A DNA stretch of 59,334 nt, counting the filler, from Myxococcota bacterium (lineage in GTDB: Bacteria > Myxococcota > Myxococcia > Myxococcales > Myxococcaceae): NCBI GenBank assembly GCA_049322255.1. It is 9 parts of 9 records of this genome, joined end to end, with 100 filler letters (N's around TTAATTAATTAA, not from the genome) between each part and the next. Parts side by side here need not be neighbours in the genome. Positions count along the whole stretch, not along the records: positions 53,155 to 59,334 come from JBMORE010000175.1; 8 more parts are not named here. One strand, written 5' to 3'. Both the position numbers and the translations under genes were made by a program. Positions 57,628 to 59,334 of the stretch are shown piece after piece; within the stretch, counting starts at the first letter, position 1; each line of letters begins with the position of its first letter. The notes beneath the pieces were generated by a model. It ran no database searches and was not told where the DNA came from. It saw only the letters and a list, made by a program, of their open reading frames with translations.

Positions 57628-58713
57628 TTACTGGCAGTACCCGTTTGCGGTGCATGTCGCTCCGCCGCAGAGGCCGGGGGCGTTGTTGCAGTTTGGCCAG
57701 CAGTAGCCGACGGTAGTGTCCCCAAAGAAGGAGCAGACGTATCCCGTTCGGCAGTTGCTCTGACCCGTGTCGGGCCCGGTGCAGAGCTGCAAACACATGG
57801 TGCTCAGCGTGGTGGAGGAAGGGAAGACAAAGCACGCCGCTCCTCCGTCACTGGAACAATGCGCGCTCGATAAGCAATAGGCGGAGCAGGAGCCGTCGGT
57901 GAAGCCGGTTTGATTGCCGTTGATCACCGGTGGCAGGCAAAAGCCGTCGATGGGCGGATTGGTGCATTGGGTATCAGCCATGCATGGATTGCCGATTTTG
58001 TTCGACCCAGGCCCGGCGTCGACCGACAAGTTGGTGGGCAGGCAAACGCTGGGGAATCCGTCCACTAACACGCGGCAGGAATAGCCCGAACGGCAGCCTG
58101 CAGTCGCGGTGCAGGTGCGTGCGCAGAAGGGTTGGGGTTCGCCGATTTCGGCTCCCAGCCCCAAGCAGATGGAGCCGGAAGGGCACGGGCTTTGGCTCGA
58201 GCAGCCGACGAGGGTGCAGTAGCCACCGGGGTAGGTGCCCCCGCCGGTCGCGGTCGTCAGGCGACAGGTCATGGGAGCGGGACACTCCGAACTGGAGGTA
58301 CAAGACGCCCCGACCCTGGTACCTCCGGAACCTCCGTCGGGTGGGACGCAGGTGTTGGCTACGCAGAAGTTCCCTGCAGTGCACGGAGCTCCGGCGCAAT
58401 CGGGATCCGCGCAGTCCAGCAACCCGTCGTTGTCGTTGTCGAGGGCGTCGGTGCAGGAGGTTTCCCGGAGGACTCCGCCATCGCTCCCACCATCGACACT
58501 TCCCGCGTCACCGTTGCCGCCGTCACCTTCACCCCCATCCTCACCAGGACCGCTGTCGCCGGGCCCTCCATCTGAAAACGGAGTGCCATCACCACCGTCC
58601 GTCGAGGGGCAACGGCCCAGCCGCCGGCAAGTTTCGCTCGCCGTTTCGAAGTCGTAGCAGGCCGCGGTCAGCGCGACGGTCGCCGCCAGATGGATGACGA
58701 GCCGGTTCACCAC
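57628..58713 (-). CDS. Cysteine-rich lipoprotein
   Basis: LTAAC lipobox; DGG-rich linker; CTD.LDNDNDGL.DCADPDC; PGGYCT / GSCS Cys modules. Confidence 0.85.
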   Translation of the reverse strand: MVNRLVIHLAATVALTAACYDFETASETCRRLGRCPSTDGGDGTPFSDGGPGDSGPGEDGGEGDGGNGDAGSVDGGSDGGVLRETSCTDALDNDNDGLLDCADPDCAGAPCTAGNFCVANTCVPPDGGSGGTRVGASCTSSSECPAPMTCRLTTATGGGTYPGGYCTLVGCSSQSPCPSGSICLGLGAEIGEPQPFCARTCTATAGCRSGYSCRVLVDGFPSVCLPTNLSVDAGPGSNKIGNPCMADTQCTNPPIDGFCLPPVINGNQTGFTDGSCSAYCLSSAHCSSDGGAACFVFPSSTTLSTMCLQLCTGPDTGQSNCRTGYVCSFFGDTTVGYCWPNCNNAPGLCGGATCTANGYCQ

Positions 58714-59334
58714 ACACCTACCCAGGTCAGTCCGTTGGCGGTGGGCGTCACCACCGAAAGCTCGTCAGCGTCTCCTCCGCGCAGGAGGAGCCAGGCAAGG
58801 CCGGTGGTTGCCACGGCCGCGCCCACCCCAAGGCCCACCAGCCCGTAGGTCTGGAAGGCCGAGCCTTCTTGCACCAGCTGGTGCTCGCGATCGGTGGTCA
58901 GCGTCGGCCCGTTGGGGTCGATGAGCTGCCGGTGGCGATCGCCTGCTTGAAGCATGAAAAACGTACCCGCTGCTCCTGCGGCCGCGCCTACTCCCAGCGT
59001 GACCCAGGGCAGGGAAGACCGGGTGCGAGGAGCCGCGGTGAGCGTCGGGTTGACCTCCGCGCGGGGAGGAACCGGAGTCGTACGAGGCTGTGCCTGGACG
59101 GGCGGCTCGGTGGGTGATGCCATCTTCGGGGCGGCGGGAAGGGGTTCGAGCTCCAGCGTCACCGTTTCCCGTTCCCCCTTGCGCACCAGCACCTCCGCCG
59201 AGGTGCTACGAAACCCCTCGCTGGCGGCCTCGACCCGATGCCGGCCGACGGGGAGCTCCACCGTCAGCGGCGCCGGACCGTGGGCGGTGTCGTCGATGCG
59301 CACCAACGCTCCCTTCACGCTGGTGCTCACCGCG
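58707..59334 (-). CDS. PEGA-domain protein, C-terminal fragment
   Basis: GALVRIDD..GPAPL..ELP.G.H.VE..S.GF (PEGA), Pro-rich linker, two Gly-rich hydrophobic helices. 5' truncated. Confidence 0.85.
   Translation of the reverse strand, partial: AVSTSVKGALVRIDDTAHGPAPLTVELPVGRHRVEAASEGFRSTSAEVLVRKGERETVTLELEPLPAAPKMASPTEPPVQAQPRTTPVPPRAEVNPTLTAAPRTRSSLPWVTLGVGAAAGAAGTFFMLQAGDRHRQLIDPNGPTLTTDREHQLVQEGSAFQTYGLVGLGVGAAVATTGLAWLLLRGGDADELSVVTPTANGLTWVGVW

Overview
High-GC bacterial DNA whose gene content is typical of Myxococcales (Cys-rich lipoproteins, PEGA proteins, a Ser/Thr kinase, GGDEF hybrid kinases). It is not one locus. It is nine unlinked contigs of steadily decreasing length (6852 down to 6180 bp), joined by eight artificial 100-nt spacers (N44-TTAATTAATTAA-N44), so gene neighbourhoods are only meaningful within a contig. 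Housekeeping genes: yggS-maf, ggt, aroC-aroB-aroA, gltA, purM-purN, rpmB, murQ, nadK-pdp, tatB-tatC, leuB-like. Most notable signals: (1) an unannotated 315-aa protein that appears to carry two tandem Hfq/Sm-like domains behind a basic disordered tail; (2) a GAF-GGDEF enzyme with the Asp->Ser 'Hypr' signature of 3',3'-cGAMP synthases; (3) a GEMM-I (c-di-GMP-I) riboswitch with a terminator-type expression platform on the same contig as a TmoK-like hybrid kinase-GGDEF; (4) a polysaccharide-lyase-like gene put out of frame by a C10 tract just after its start codon, sharing a C-terminal module with a paralog on another contig; (5) a REP palindrome family, one copy translated in frame inside aroA; (6) an IS4 end interrupting an F420/NADP oxidoreductase gene; (7) a deleted RHH-MazF toxin-antitoxin relic bracketed by a 24-bp direct repeat; (8) TatC with a ~165-aa periplasmic insertion; (9) a recurrent D(A/G)G motif across secreted proteins. 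All family assignments come from motif recognition by eye; no searches were run.
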